From a virus (Duplodnaviria > Caudoviricetes), in IMG/VR virus record IMGVR_UViG_3300049139_000057, positions 1 through 42,513 of that record: a stretch of 42,513 nt of DNA; one strand, 5' to 3'. The notes beneath the pieces were generated by a model, which had not been told where the DNA came from, ran no database searches, and saw nothing but the letters and a program-made list of their open reading frames with translations. This document shows, piece after piece, positions 1-8,251 of this stretch (the first letter of the stretch is position 1; every line of letters starts with the position of its first letter). Both the position numbers and the translations under genes were made by a program.

Positions 1-66
1 TGATCGCCTAGGAGGTGACCGCCATGTTCAAGCGCCGACACGCCTCCATCACATGCGGGCTCGGCA
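1..66 (+). repeat. Terminal direct repeat, left copy (probable circular assembly overlap)
   Basis: Identical to 42448-42513. Confidence 0.95.
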
Positions 67-272
67 CGGGCCGCATCGAGATCGACGGCCAGCGCCTCCA
101 GGGCGTCAAGGGCTTCACGCTCACCGCTGACACCAACGGCCTGCCGCGCCTCACTGTTGACCTCTCCGTGCACGAAATCGAACTCGACGGCGACACGACC
201 TTCGCGATCTCCGACCGCGCCCGGGACACGCTCATCAAGCTCGGCTGGACGCCCCCGAAGGACGACGCCTGA
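24..272 (+). CDS. Small hypothetical protein between terL and portal
   Basis: GGAGG RBS at 11-15, ATG 24; TGATG overlap with portal start. Confidence 0.75.
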   Translation: MFKRRHASITCGLGTGRIEIDGQRLQGVKGFTLTADTNGLPRLTVDLSVHEIELDGDTTFAISDRARDTLIKLGWTPPKDDA

Positions 273-1840
273 TGCCGCTCCCCGACCCCAACGCCCCGTG
301 GCCGCCTCCCGCGCAAGCCGACGCCCTCGCGCGCATGGCCGACTACGACGCCTGGTGGTCCGGCGACCCCGACCGGCTCGGGAAGCGATACACGTCAAGG
401 ACGAACGCCCCCTCGAACCGGCCCTCGCAGTACCGCGGCGGCCTCGTGGGCACCATGAGCCGATGGTTCTGGGGCCGTCCTGTCCCCTTCGGGGAGAAGA
501 GGACTGGCGTCCACATGCCCTTGCCGGCGGACATCGCCACCGCCTCAGCGGACCTCCTGTTCGCCGAACCGCCCCGGTACGTGTTCGAGAAGCCCGAGAC
601 GCGCGAGAAGTGGGAGCTCCTGGACGACCAGATGCGGCTCACCTCCCGCCTCCACGAGGCCGCGGAGGTCTGCGCGCCGTTCGGCGGCGTCTACCTCAGG
701 ACCACGTTCGACAAGGACCTCTGGAACCACCCGATCACCTCCGCTGTCCACGCCGACAATGCGATCCCGACGTTCAAGTGGGGACGGCTCACCGCTGTCA
801 CCTTCGTGCGCGAGCTCGAGCGCGACGGCAACACCGTCATCCGCTACCTCGAGCGGTACGAACTCGCCGGCACGCCCCGCGCGCGCAAGGCATGGGCCTT
901 CAATGGCGTCTACCGCGGCACTGCCGAAAAGCTCGGCACCCTGGGCAAGCTCGACGACTTCGAGGACACCAGAGGCCTTCCAGAGGTCCTGGACCTCCAG
1001 ATGCCCGTCCTGCCCGTTGCCTACATCCCCAACATGCTCCCCTCCAGGGAAGACCGAGGGAGCGACCTCGGGCGAAGCGACTTCGAAGGGTCCCTCGGGC
1101 TGTTCGACGCGCTAGACCTCACCGCCTCCTCCCTCCTTCGGGACGTCCGCCTGGGCAAAGCGCGCGCATTCATCCCCGAAGCGTTCCTCCAGTCCATGGG
1201 CCGCGGCGCAGGTGCCATGTGGGACCCCGACAACGAGATATACGCGACGCTGGACATCCCACCGACCTCCGGGGCTGCTGAGATCAACGTGCAGCAGTTC
1301 GCGATCCGTGTGACCGACCACGTCGCCACCATGACCCAATGGGCCCGCTCGGCAGTGGAGACCGCGGGCTACTCCGCTTCGACGTTCGGGCTCGAGCGCG
1401 ACGGTGGCGACCCCACCGCGACCGAGGTCAACGACCGCAAGTCCAGGAGCTCCAGGACCCGCCGCAAGAAGACCGGGTACTGGGGTGAAGGTATGAGGGA
1501 CCACGCCGCCGCTGTGCTGTGGACCGCGAAGACGCAGTTCCAGCTGGATGTGGACCCCGCGGACCTGCCTCGCATCGACTGGCCCGAACTGGCCGAACCC
1601 GATCCCCTCGTCGAAGCCCAGACGATCCAGGCGCTCCGCGCTGCGGGCGTGCTCTCCCGCTATCTGGCGGTGAAGGCCCAGCACGAGGACTGGGACGACG
1701 ACGAGATTGAGAAGGAAGTCGACCGGATCACCGCCGAGCAGCCCGAAGCGCCCGACGAGTTCGCGTTCGGCGGAGATCCCAACCGTGGGGAACAGCCCAC
1801 AGTTGGCGACCAGGACGAGGAGTCCGGGGACGAGGCCTAA
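272..1840 (+). CDS. Portal protein (SPP1 gp6-like actinophage type)
   Basis: 522 aa after terL; HMPLPADIATASADLLF and LGRSDF motifs of actinophage portals. Confidence 0.9.
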   Translation: MPLPDPNAPWPPPAQADALARMADYDAWWSGDPDRLGKRYTSRTNAPSNRPSQYRGGLVGTMSRWFWGRPVPFGEKRTGVHMPLPADIATASADLLFAEPPRYVFEKPETREKWELLDDQMRLTSRLHEAAEVCAPFGGVYLRTTFDKDLWNHPITSAVHADNAIPTFKWGRLTAVTFVRELERDGNTVIRYLERYELAGTPRARKAWAFNGVYRGTAEKLGTLGKLDDFEDTRGLPEVLDLQMPVLPVAYIPNMLPSREDRGSDLGRSDFEGSLGLFDALDLTASSLLRDVRLGKARAFIPEAFLQSMGRGAGAMWDPDNEIYATLDIPPTSGAAEINVQQFAIRVTDHVATMTQWARSAVETAGYSASTFGLERDGGDPTATEVNDRKSRSSRTRRKKTGYWGEGMRDHAAAVLWTAKTQFQLDVDPADLPRIDWPELAEPDPLVEAQTIQALRAAGVLSRYLAVKAQHEDWDDDEIEKEVDRITAEQPEAPDEFAFGGDPNRGEQPTVGDQDEESGDEA

Positions 1841-3040
1841 GTGCCCGTTGACCGATCCCTCGCTGTAGATCTCGCCGCGAACCTCGCGGACCTCTACCGA
1901 GACGCCGAGACCCGTCTCGCCCAGAACCTCGCCCGGCGAATCCGCACCGACATCACCTCAGGCAACCAGGACCGCCTGGCCGCGCTCACTGCGCTACGGC
2001 AGCAAGCCGAAGCCGTCCTGAACGCACTCAATGGGCCCCGACGTCTCCTCGTCGAGCAGGCCCTCATGGATGCCTACGCGAGGGGCGCACGCGCCGCTGT
2101 GGACGAGATGGCTCGGCTCTCCGGCGACCGGTGGATCGACTGGCTCGCCAGACGTTCACGCATCATCGCGGCCATCACGAGACTCCTCGGGTACGCGCGC
2201 AGAAGAGACACCCGCCTCGAGGAAGCCGTGACCGCGCTCCGCTCCGACCTTCCCGGCATCGACGCACTCATGGGGCTCGCGCAGGAGCTCACCCAGCGCA
2301 TGTCCTCCACCCACCTGCACGTGCTGCGCTGGCAGGACGACGCCTACCGCGAGGTCATGGCCCAACCCGCTGCTGATGTCCTCATCGGCACCAAGACCCG
2401 CCTGAGGGCCGCTCAAGTGGCCTGGGAGCACCTGCTGTCCAAAGGCGTCACGGGATTCACCGATCGCCGCGGACGCAACTGGGAGCTGGCCTCATATACG
2501 GAGATGGCGACTCGCACCACCGTCGCCCATGCTGCCGTCGAAGGGGCCCTGGATCGCTTCCGTGAGGCCGGGATCAACCTCGTGATCGTCTCCAACGCCC
2601 CGCAGGAATGCGAGCGCTGCCGTCCCTTCGAGGGCAAGGTCCTCGCCATCGCCGGACCCGCAGGAACGCGCGTGCTCGAGCACGGCATTCACGACGGCTT
2701 CATGGTCACCGTCGACGTCGTCGCAACGGTCGCCCAGGCGATCACCGCAGGCCTGATGCACCCGAACTGTAGGCACTCCCTGTCCGCCTACCTCCCCGGC
2801 GTCACGAAGTCGCCGGTGCACACCCAGGATCCGCAGGGCGACAAGGACCGCCAGCGCCTCCGATACCTCGAACGGCAGCTGCGCAAGGCGAAGCTCAAGG
2901 AAGCCGCGCTCGTCGACCCCGAAGCGAAGGCCGCCGCCGCGGCGAAGGTCCGCGCCTGGCAGGCCAAGATCCGCCAGCACGTCAAGGACACCGGGCTCCT
3001 TCGCCAATCCCAGCGTGAGCAGATCGGCTCCGCACGGTAG
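1841..3040 (+). CDS. Minor capsid / head morphogenesis protein (MuF-like)
   Basis: After portal; RNWELASYTEMATRT, CxxCRPFEG and HPNCRH motifs. Confidence 0.85.
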   Translation: MPVDRSLAVDLAANLADLYRDAETRLAQNLARRIRTDITSGNQDRLAALTALRQQAEAVLNALNGPRRLLVEQALMDAYARGARAAVDEMARLSGDRWIDWLARRSRIIAAITRLLGYARRRDTRLEEAVTALRSDLPGIDALMGLAQELTQRMSSTHLHVLRWQDDAYREVMAQPAADVLIGTKTRLRAAQVAWEHLLSKGVTGFTDRRGRNWELASYTEMATRTTVAHAAVEGALDRFREAGINLVIVSNAPQECERCRPFEGKVLAIAGPAGTRVLEHGIHDGFMVTVDVVATVAQAITAGLMHPNCRHSLSAYLPGVTKSPVHTQDPQGDKDRQRLRYLERQLRKAKLKEAALVDPEAKAAAAAKVRAWQAKIRQHVKDTGLLRQSQREQIGSAR

Positions 3041-3149
3041 GTCACCCACTGACCTAACCCCTATGGACGTCCTCCGCATGGAGGCTGCACCACCCATTCA
3101 CCGCCTGAGTCGCACGACGACGGCACGATCCCGCACGGGAGCGCAACAC

Positions 3150-3680
3150 ATGTCCGACAACACCAACGAGGCACCCACCGAGGACGCCGAACCCACGCAG
3201 CAGCCTGAGCAGCCAGCCGCCGAGCCCGACAAGGGCGACGACACCGACTGGAAGGCCATGGCCCGCCAGTGGGAGAAGCGCGCCAAGGAGAACGCCAAAG
3301 CCGCCGAAGAGCGCGACAAGCTCAAGGCCGCTTCCATGTCCGAGCAGGAGAAGGCCGTCGCCGCCGCGAAAGCGGAAGGCATCGCCGAGGCCGCCAAGAC
3401 GTACGGGTCGAAGTACGCCGCCGCGAAGCTCGAAGCCGCAGCCGCCGCGAAGGGCCTCAACCTCGCCGACGTGACCGACCTGATCAACGTCGCCCAGTTC
3501 ATCGACGACAAGGGCGAAGTCGACGAGAAGGCCATTCAGAAGGCCGTCGACAAGCTCGCCAAGATCGCCCCCGCTCCGGCGCCGGGCAAGTCGGGTGCGC
3601 AGATCCCCGGAGGCACCGGGGGCCGCACCAACACCACACCCACACTCGACGACGCCGTGGCTGCACGCTACGGCATGTAG
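3150..3680 (+). CDS. Capsid scaffolding protein
   Basis: DWKAMARQWEKRAKEN and MSEQEKA helical motifs; precedes MCP; GGGAG RBS. Confidence 0.85.
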   Translation: MSDNTNEAPTEDAEPTQQPEQPAAEPDKGDDTDWKAMARQWEKRAKENAKAAEERDKLKAASMSEQEKAVAAAKAEGIAEAAKTYGSKYAAAKLEAAAAAKGLNLADVTDLINVAQFIDDKGEVDEKAIQKAVDKLAKIAPAPAPGKSGAQIPGGTGGRTNTTPTLDDAVAARYGM

Positions 3681-3695
3681 CCATAGGAGAACCCA

Positions 3696-4655
3696 ATGCC
3701 GGTCACACTGGCCCAAGCCAAGCTGAACACCCTCGACGACGTCGACATGGCGGTCATCGACGAGTTCCGCAAGTCCAGCTGGCTGCTGGACAACCTCACC
3801 TTCGACGACGTCGTCAACCCCGCCGGCGGGGGCGCGACCCTCACCTACGGGTACACGCGCCTGGTCACCCAGGCCACTGCCGCGTTCCGCGCGATCAACG
3901 CCGAGTACACGCCGCAGGAAGCCACCCGTGCGCGGTACACCACGGACCTGAAGGTCCTGGGTGGCAGCTTCCAGATCGACCGTGTGCTGGCGAACATCGG
4001 CCCCACCCTCTCCGGTGAGGTCGTCAACCAGATGCGCCAGAAGGTGAAGGCGACCCAGGCGACGTTCAGCGACGCCGTCATCAACGGCGACACCGCCGTC
4101 AACGCCAACGCGTTCGACGGCCTCTCGAAGGCCCTGACCGGCTCCAACACCGAGATCGACGGCACCGGCACCGACTGGACCACCGTCAACTCGCAGGCGA
4201 CCGCCGTCGCTGCGCAGTCGCTGCTGCGCCGGCTCATCGCCGTCATGGACGGCCGCCCGGACGCGCTCCTGATGAACGCCGACGCCCTCGCCGCCCTCGA
4301 AACGGTCGGCGACTTCGCGTCCAGCCTCGACAGCCGCGAGTTCTTCGGCCGCACCATCACCACCTGGCGGGGCATCGCCCTGGTCGACGTGGGCGACAAG
4401 GCCGGCTCCACCGACCCGATCATCCCGACCGACGCCGTCGCCGGCACCACCGACATCTACGCCGTCCGCCTCGGGCTCGACGGGTTCCACGGCATCTCCA
4501 CTGTCGGCGGGAACCTGATCACCCAGTTCATGCCCGACTTCACCACCCCTGGTGCCGTGAAAACGGGCGAGGTCGAAATGGGGCCCGTGGGCGTCGCCCT
4601 CAAGGCCACCAAGGCGGCGGCGGTGCTGCGCGACGTCAAGGTCGTGACGCCGTGA
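3696..4655 (+). CDS. Major capsid protein
   Basis: 319 aa; MPVTLAQAK start, FRAINAEY, LGGSFQIDRV, FDGL motifs; AGGAG RBS. Confidence 0.9.
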   Translation: MPVTLAQAKLNTLDDVDMAVIDEFRKSSWLLDNLTFDDVVNPAGGGATLTYGYTRLVTQATAAFRAINAEYTPQEATRARYTTDLKVLGGSFQIDRVLANIGPTLSGEVVNQMRQKVKATQATFSDAVINGDTAVNANAFDGLSKALTGSNTEIDGTGTDWTTVNSQATAVAAQSLLRRLIAVMDGRPDALLMNADALAALETVGDFASSLDSREFFGRTITTWRGIALVDVGDKAGSTDPIIPTDAVAGTTDIYAVRLGLDGFHGISTVGGNLITQFMPDFTTPGAVKTGEVEMGPVGVALKATKAAAVLRDVKVVTP

Positions 4656-5257
4656 CCGTGATCCACAGCCCCGAGAAGGGGTTCACAGGCCCCGGAGTGG
4701 GCGGCCTCCAGTTCGAGGACGGCCGCGCCGAGACCGACGACAAGGCCATCATCCGCTACGCCCGCAAGGCCGGGTACGGCATCGACGGCCAAGCCACCGC
4801 GCCCGAGGCCCCGGTCCAGCCCGACTCCCGCGAAGTCGGGGGCGAGCAGGTCGTGGGCACGCGCCTGCGTGACGCCGCCGTCGATCCGCGACCGGAGGAC
4901 TTCCTGCCGCCGACGAACGCAGGCGAAGCGGACCCGCACGGGCCGCTCGTCGTCGCACCCGGCATCCATGCCTCCGAGACCGGACCGATTCACCCTGGTG
5001 ACGTCCACGTCGACGACACCGCGAAGCAGGAGGCGCAGGAGACTGCGCTGGCGGAGGCCGTGTTCGTCCGCAACGAGGACGTCACCGAGGCCACCCGGGC
5101 CGCGGCGGAAGGCGAAGAGGCACAGCAGGAACACCGCCCGGCGCAGTCCGCACCGAAGGCCGAATGGGTCGACTACGCGATCCTCCGCGGGGTCTCCCGC
5201 GAGGACGCCGAGTCGATGACGAAGGCCGACCTCATCGCCGCCTACACGGAGGAGTGA
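4652..5257 (+). CDS. Head-associated hypothetical protein with C-terminal KAEWVDYA...TKADLI helical domain
   Basis: GTGA overlap with MCP; position after MCP. Confidence 0.7.
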   Translation: MTVIHSPEKGFTGPGVGGLQFEDGRAETDDKAIIRYARKAGYGIDGQATAPEAPVQPDSREVGGEQVVGTRLRDAAVDPRPEDFLPPTNAGEADPHGPLVVAPGIHASETGPIHPGDVHVDDTAKQEAQETALAEAVFVRNEDVTEATRAAAEGEEAQQEHRPAQSAPKAEWVDYAILRGVSREDAESMTKADLIAAYTEE

Positions 5258-5260
5258 CCG

Positions 5261-5656
5261 GTGCCGGTGTACGCCACACAGGCCGAATACGAGTCGAGCC
5301 CGTACGGGACGTCACCGGCACCGGCCGACATCACCAAGCGCCTCGCTGTGGCATCCGGGGACGTCGACTCGATGATCCTGACCGCGGTGTACGACGTGGA
5401 CGGGTCCGACCTCCCAACCGACACGAAGATCCGCGAAGCGCTACGGCAGGCGACGATCGCGCAGGCGAAGCACACCATCGACCGCGACGCGGCGACCGCA
5501 CGAGTAGCGACTGAGGTCGCCATCGGCTCCGCCCGCGTCAAGTACGGCACCAACAGCGGCGAAGTGGCCGTCGAGGGGCCGTTGTCGTCGGAGGCGCGCA
5601 CGATCCTGCACAACGCCGGGCTCACGCCCGCGGTCGTGTACCGGCCGGGGGGCTGA
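5261..5656 (+). CDS. Head-to-tail adaptor
   Basis: YAT N-terminus, AT..Q motif, LSSEARTILHNAGL C-terminus; synteny. Confidence 0.75.
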   Translation: MPVYATQAEYESSPYGTSPAPADITKRLAVASGDVDSMILTAVYDVDGSDLPTDTKIREALRQATIAQAKHTIDRDAATARVATEVAIGSARVKYGTNSGEVAVEGPLSSEARTILHNAGLTPAVVYRPGG

Positions 5657-5657
5657 G

Positions 5658-5972
5658 ATGGCACTCGATCCGATCCTGATTCAACACGAGGTCACCGTCC
5701 ACCCCTACGCGGGCACGGACGGGTACGGGCGGGACACGTTCGGGACCCCGTTCCAGGTGCCGTGCTTCTTGGAGGACGTCCGCCAGACCGTGCTCGACAA
5801 GGACGGGTCCGAGGTGGTCTCGGAGTCGACGTTCTACGCCGACCCCGGGCCCACCATCCCGAACAAGTCCAAGGTCATCCTGCCGTCGCGGGAGACGCGC
5901 GTGATCCTCGTGAAGGACCACGACCTGGGCTCCATTGAGGGCCCTTCCCACCTCGAAGTCAACTGCAAGTAG
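5658..5972 (+). CDS. Head-to-tail stopper / head closure protein
   Basis: Size, synteny, VLDKDGSEVVS and HLEV motifs. Confidence 0.7.
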   Translation: MALDPILIQHEVTVHPYAGTDGYGRDTFGTPFQVPCFLEDVRQTVLDKDGSEVVSESTFYADPGPTIPNKSKVILPSRETRVILVKDHDLGSIEGPSHLEVNCK

Positions 5973-5980
5973 GGGGTGGC

Positions 5981-6325
5981 ATGGGGCAGGTCAAGTTCAC
6001 CTGGAACGGCGAAGAGGTCAAGAAGCGCCAGCGCGAAGGCCGCAACAAGGGCCTGCGGATGGCAGTGGAGCACCTACTGGGGGAGGCGATCCCGCTGACA
6101 CCCATCCGCGACAACCCGCTCCGCAACTCCGGCACGACCAGCGTGGACAAGGCTACGGGCACGGCGGCGGTCTCCTTCGACACGCCGTATGCAGTTCGGC
6201 AGCACGAGGAGCTGACCTGGAGGCACGAGGAAGGCCAGGCCAAGTACCTCGAGCAGCCGTTCAACACCGAGAAGGCGACGATGCTCGCGCTCATCGCTGC
6301 TGAGGAACGCCGGGCCCTGCGATGA
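5981..6325 (+). CDS. Neck / tail completion protein (HK97 gp10-like)
   Basis: LRNSG, FDTPYAVRQHE, GQAKYLE motifs. Confidence 0.75.
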   Translation: MGQVKFTWNGEEVKKRQREGRNKGLRMAVEHLLGEAIPLTPIRDNPLRNSGTTSVDKATGTAAVSFDTPYAVRQHEELTWRHEEGQAKYLEQPFNTEKATMLALIAAEERRALR

Positions 6326-6777
6326 GCTGGACTTCCGACCTCCTCATTGGCCTCGCTGAACGCCTCGCCGCGCAAGGCGTCGGGGCATGGAACCCCGCGG
6401 GGGTCTACGCCGCGGGGCAGGCCGGGATCTACATCGCGGTCATGCCTCCCGGGAACGAAGCGGATTCGGGGCGGGACCGCGCGATCGTCCTTACCGACTA
6501 CGACCCGAACGGCGGCAACTCGTCCGGGGACGTCGCGCCCCGTGTGCAGGTCCGCTGCCGCGGACTGCGGAACGACCCGTTCTCCGCGATCGATCTAGCC
6601 GCGGCGGTCCGTGACGCCATCGACGGCCTCGCGCACGTCACCTTCGGATCAGTCGAGGTCTCCGGCGTCAACCACATCTCCGGCGTCCCCATGGGGATCG
6701 ACGGCAACCACCGGCATGAACGGTCCGACAACTACGACATCCAGGCGCGGCGAGTGACCGCGCTGCGCACTGAATAG
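6322..6777 (+). CDS. Tail terminator
   Basis: VQVRCRG and GIDGNHRHERSDNY motifs; precedes major tail gene. Confidence 0.75.
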   Translation: MSWTSDLLIGLAERLAAQGVGAWNPAGVYAAGQAGIYIAVMPPGNEADSGRDRAIVLTDYDPNGGNSSGDVAPRVQVRCRGLRNDPFSAIDLAAAVRDAIDGLAHVTFGSVEVSGVNHISGVPMGIDGNHRHERSDNYDIQARRVTALRTE

Positions 6778-6788
6778 GAGCAGGTCAC

Positions 6789-7523
6789 ATGACCGAAGCA
6801 ACAGCCTTGCAGCGCAAGTGGGTCTGGCAGATCAACATGGGCACCCTCGCGGTCCCCGACTGGCAGAACGTCCCCGGCCTCCAGGAGTTCACCCCGAACG
6901 TCGAGCCCACCGACCAGGAGGACAACGACTACGACTCCGACGGCTGGGGCGGCTCGACCCGCACCATGCGCGTGTGGGGCCTGGAAGCCAACATCTCCCA
7001 CCGGCAGGACAACGCGACGTTCGTCGAGAACGCAGTCCAGAAGAAGCTCCGCCTCGCCTCGATGGCGATCGACACCGCAGACGGTGTCATCCACCAGCGC
7101 TGGTACGACCGCAACGGCTCCGACGAAGCGTACGAAGGCTACGGCCTGATCACGTGGGCGCCTGACGGCGGCGGCGTGGCCGACCTCGAGCGCGTCGGGA
7201 TCACCGTCACGCCCTCCGCGACCTCCCCGGCCCTGGCGACCATCGCGAACCCGATCAACGCGACTCCGGTCCCGGTCGTCTCCTCGGTCTCCCCGTCCTC
7301 GGGCGACGACGCGGGCGGCACGCTGGTCACCATCACGGGGGCGCACTTCACTGGCGCGACCGATGTCGAGTTCGACGACGTCGACGCCACGTCGTTCCAG
7401 GTCATCTCGGCCACGAAGATCTCCGCGGTCGTCCCTGCGGGCACTGCGGGCCCGGCCAACGTGGACGTGACCACCCCGAACGGTACCGGTACCGGTACCG
7501 CCGTCTTCACGTACACGGCGTAG
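6789..7523 (+). CDS. Major tail protein with C-terminal IPT/TIG (Ig-like) domain
   Basis: YDSDGW motif; C-terminal PVVSSVSPSSG..AGGTLVTITG..F...VTTPNG IPT signature. Confidence 0.85.
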   Translation: MTEATALQRKWVWQINMGTLAVPDWQNVPGLQEFTPNVEPTDQEDNDYDSDGWGGSTRTMRVWGLEANISHRQDNATFVENAVQKKLRLASMAIDTADGVIHQRWYDRNGSDEAYEGYGLITWAPDGGGVADLERVGITVTPSATSPALATIANPINATPVPVVSSVSPSSGDDAGGTLVTITGAHFTGATDVEFDDVDATSFQVISATKISAVVPAGTAGPANVDVTTPNGTGTGTAVFTYTA

Positions 7524-7526
7524 CGC

Positions 7527-8027
7527 ATGACCGACGCAGAGAAGCACGTGTGGGAGAACGGCGACGGCGACCTTGTCGTCCTCGTCGGCTCCCGCGAGTA
7601 CGTCATCGAAGACGTTGACGCCGCCACGGGCCTGTGGGTCCAGGAGGTCAGCGAGCAGACCCGCAAGGCCAAGGCCCGGCTGGACGCCGGCGAAGACGTC
7701 GAAGCGGTCGCCGCGGATCTTCACCTGGACGACGACGAGGAGCGGAACTTCTATCAGACCCTCCTCGGGGGGACGCTGGACGAACTCGTGGCGGCCGGTG
7801 TGAAGTGGCGGCAGGTCCGCATCCTCGGGCAGATCGCTTACGCCTGGATCACCCGCGGCCTCGAAGGGGCCCGGAAGATGTGGGAGGCCGACGGCGAGGC
7901 CCCAAAAGCGAACCGGGCCCAGCGCAGGGCGAAGCCCGCGTCTGGCTCGAAGACCAAAACCGGTGGGGCGTCGGCGAGTACGACGAAGCGTCCGGCCTCT
8001 ACGAGGGGTACCAAGACCCGGACCTGA
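7527..8027 (+). CDS. Tail assembly chaperone (gpG-like)
   Basis: Between major tail and tape measure; contains slippery site CCCAAAA. Confidence 0.8.
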   Translation: MTDAEKHVWENGDGDLVVLVGSREYVIEDVDAATGLWVQEVSEQTRKAKARLDAGEDVEAVAADLHLDDDEERNFYQTLLGGTLDELVAAGVKWRQVRILGQIAYAWITRGLEGARKMWEADGEAPKANRAQRRAKPASGSKTKTGGASASTTKRPASTRGTKTRT

Positions 8028-8248
8028 GCGTCTGGTTCTTGTGGCGGGGCCACCGGGACCTCGTCGAAGCCGACCTGCACCAGGTGTACGGCATCGACAC
8101 CGGCTCCGGGATCCTCTCCGAGCGGCCGTGGAAGTGGTTCCAGCGCCGCGTATCGGGACTGCTCACCTGCGAATGCCGTATCCAGCGCAAGTTCGCGCCA
8201 CCAGAGAAACCCAAGACCCCATCCGTCCCGCACGTCCGAAGGAGGTGA
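7527..8248 (+). CDS. Tail assembly chaperone, -1 frameshifted form (gpGT-like)
   Basis: C CCA AAA at 7901-7907 shifts into the frame ending 8248, which encodes the VEADLHQVYGID...PWKWFQRRVSGLL motif. Confidence 0.75.
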
Positions 8249-8251
8249 CGG

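Noticed and set aside
157-1281. 374-aa Arg/Pro-rich alternative-frame ORF
   Set aside because: Out-of-frame overlap with portal; composition typical of GC-rich non-coding frames.
3054-4490. 478-aa minus-strand ORF
   Set aside because: Antisense shadow of scaffold and major capsid genes.
7482-7500. GGTACC tandem repeat
   Set aside because: Encodes GTGTGT at the end of the IPT domain; no sign of a separate function.
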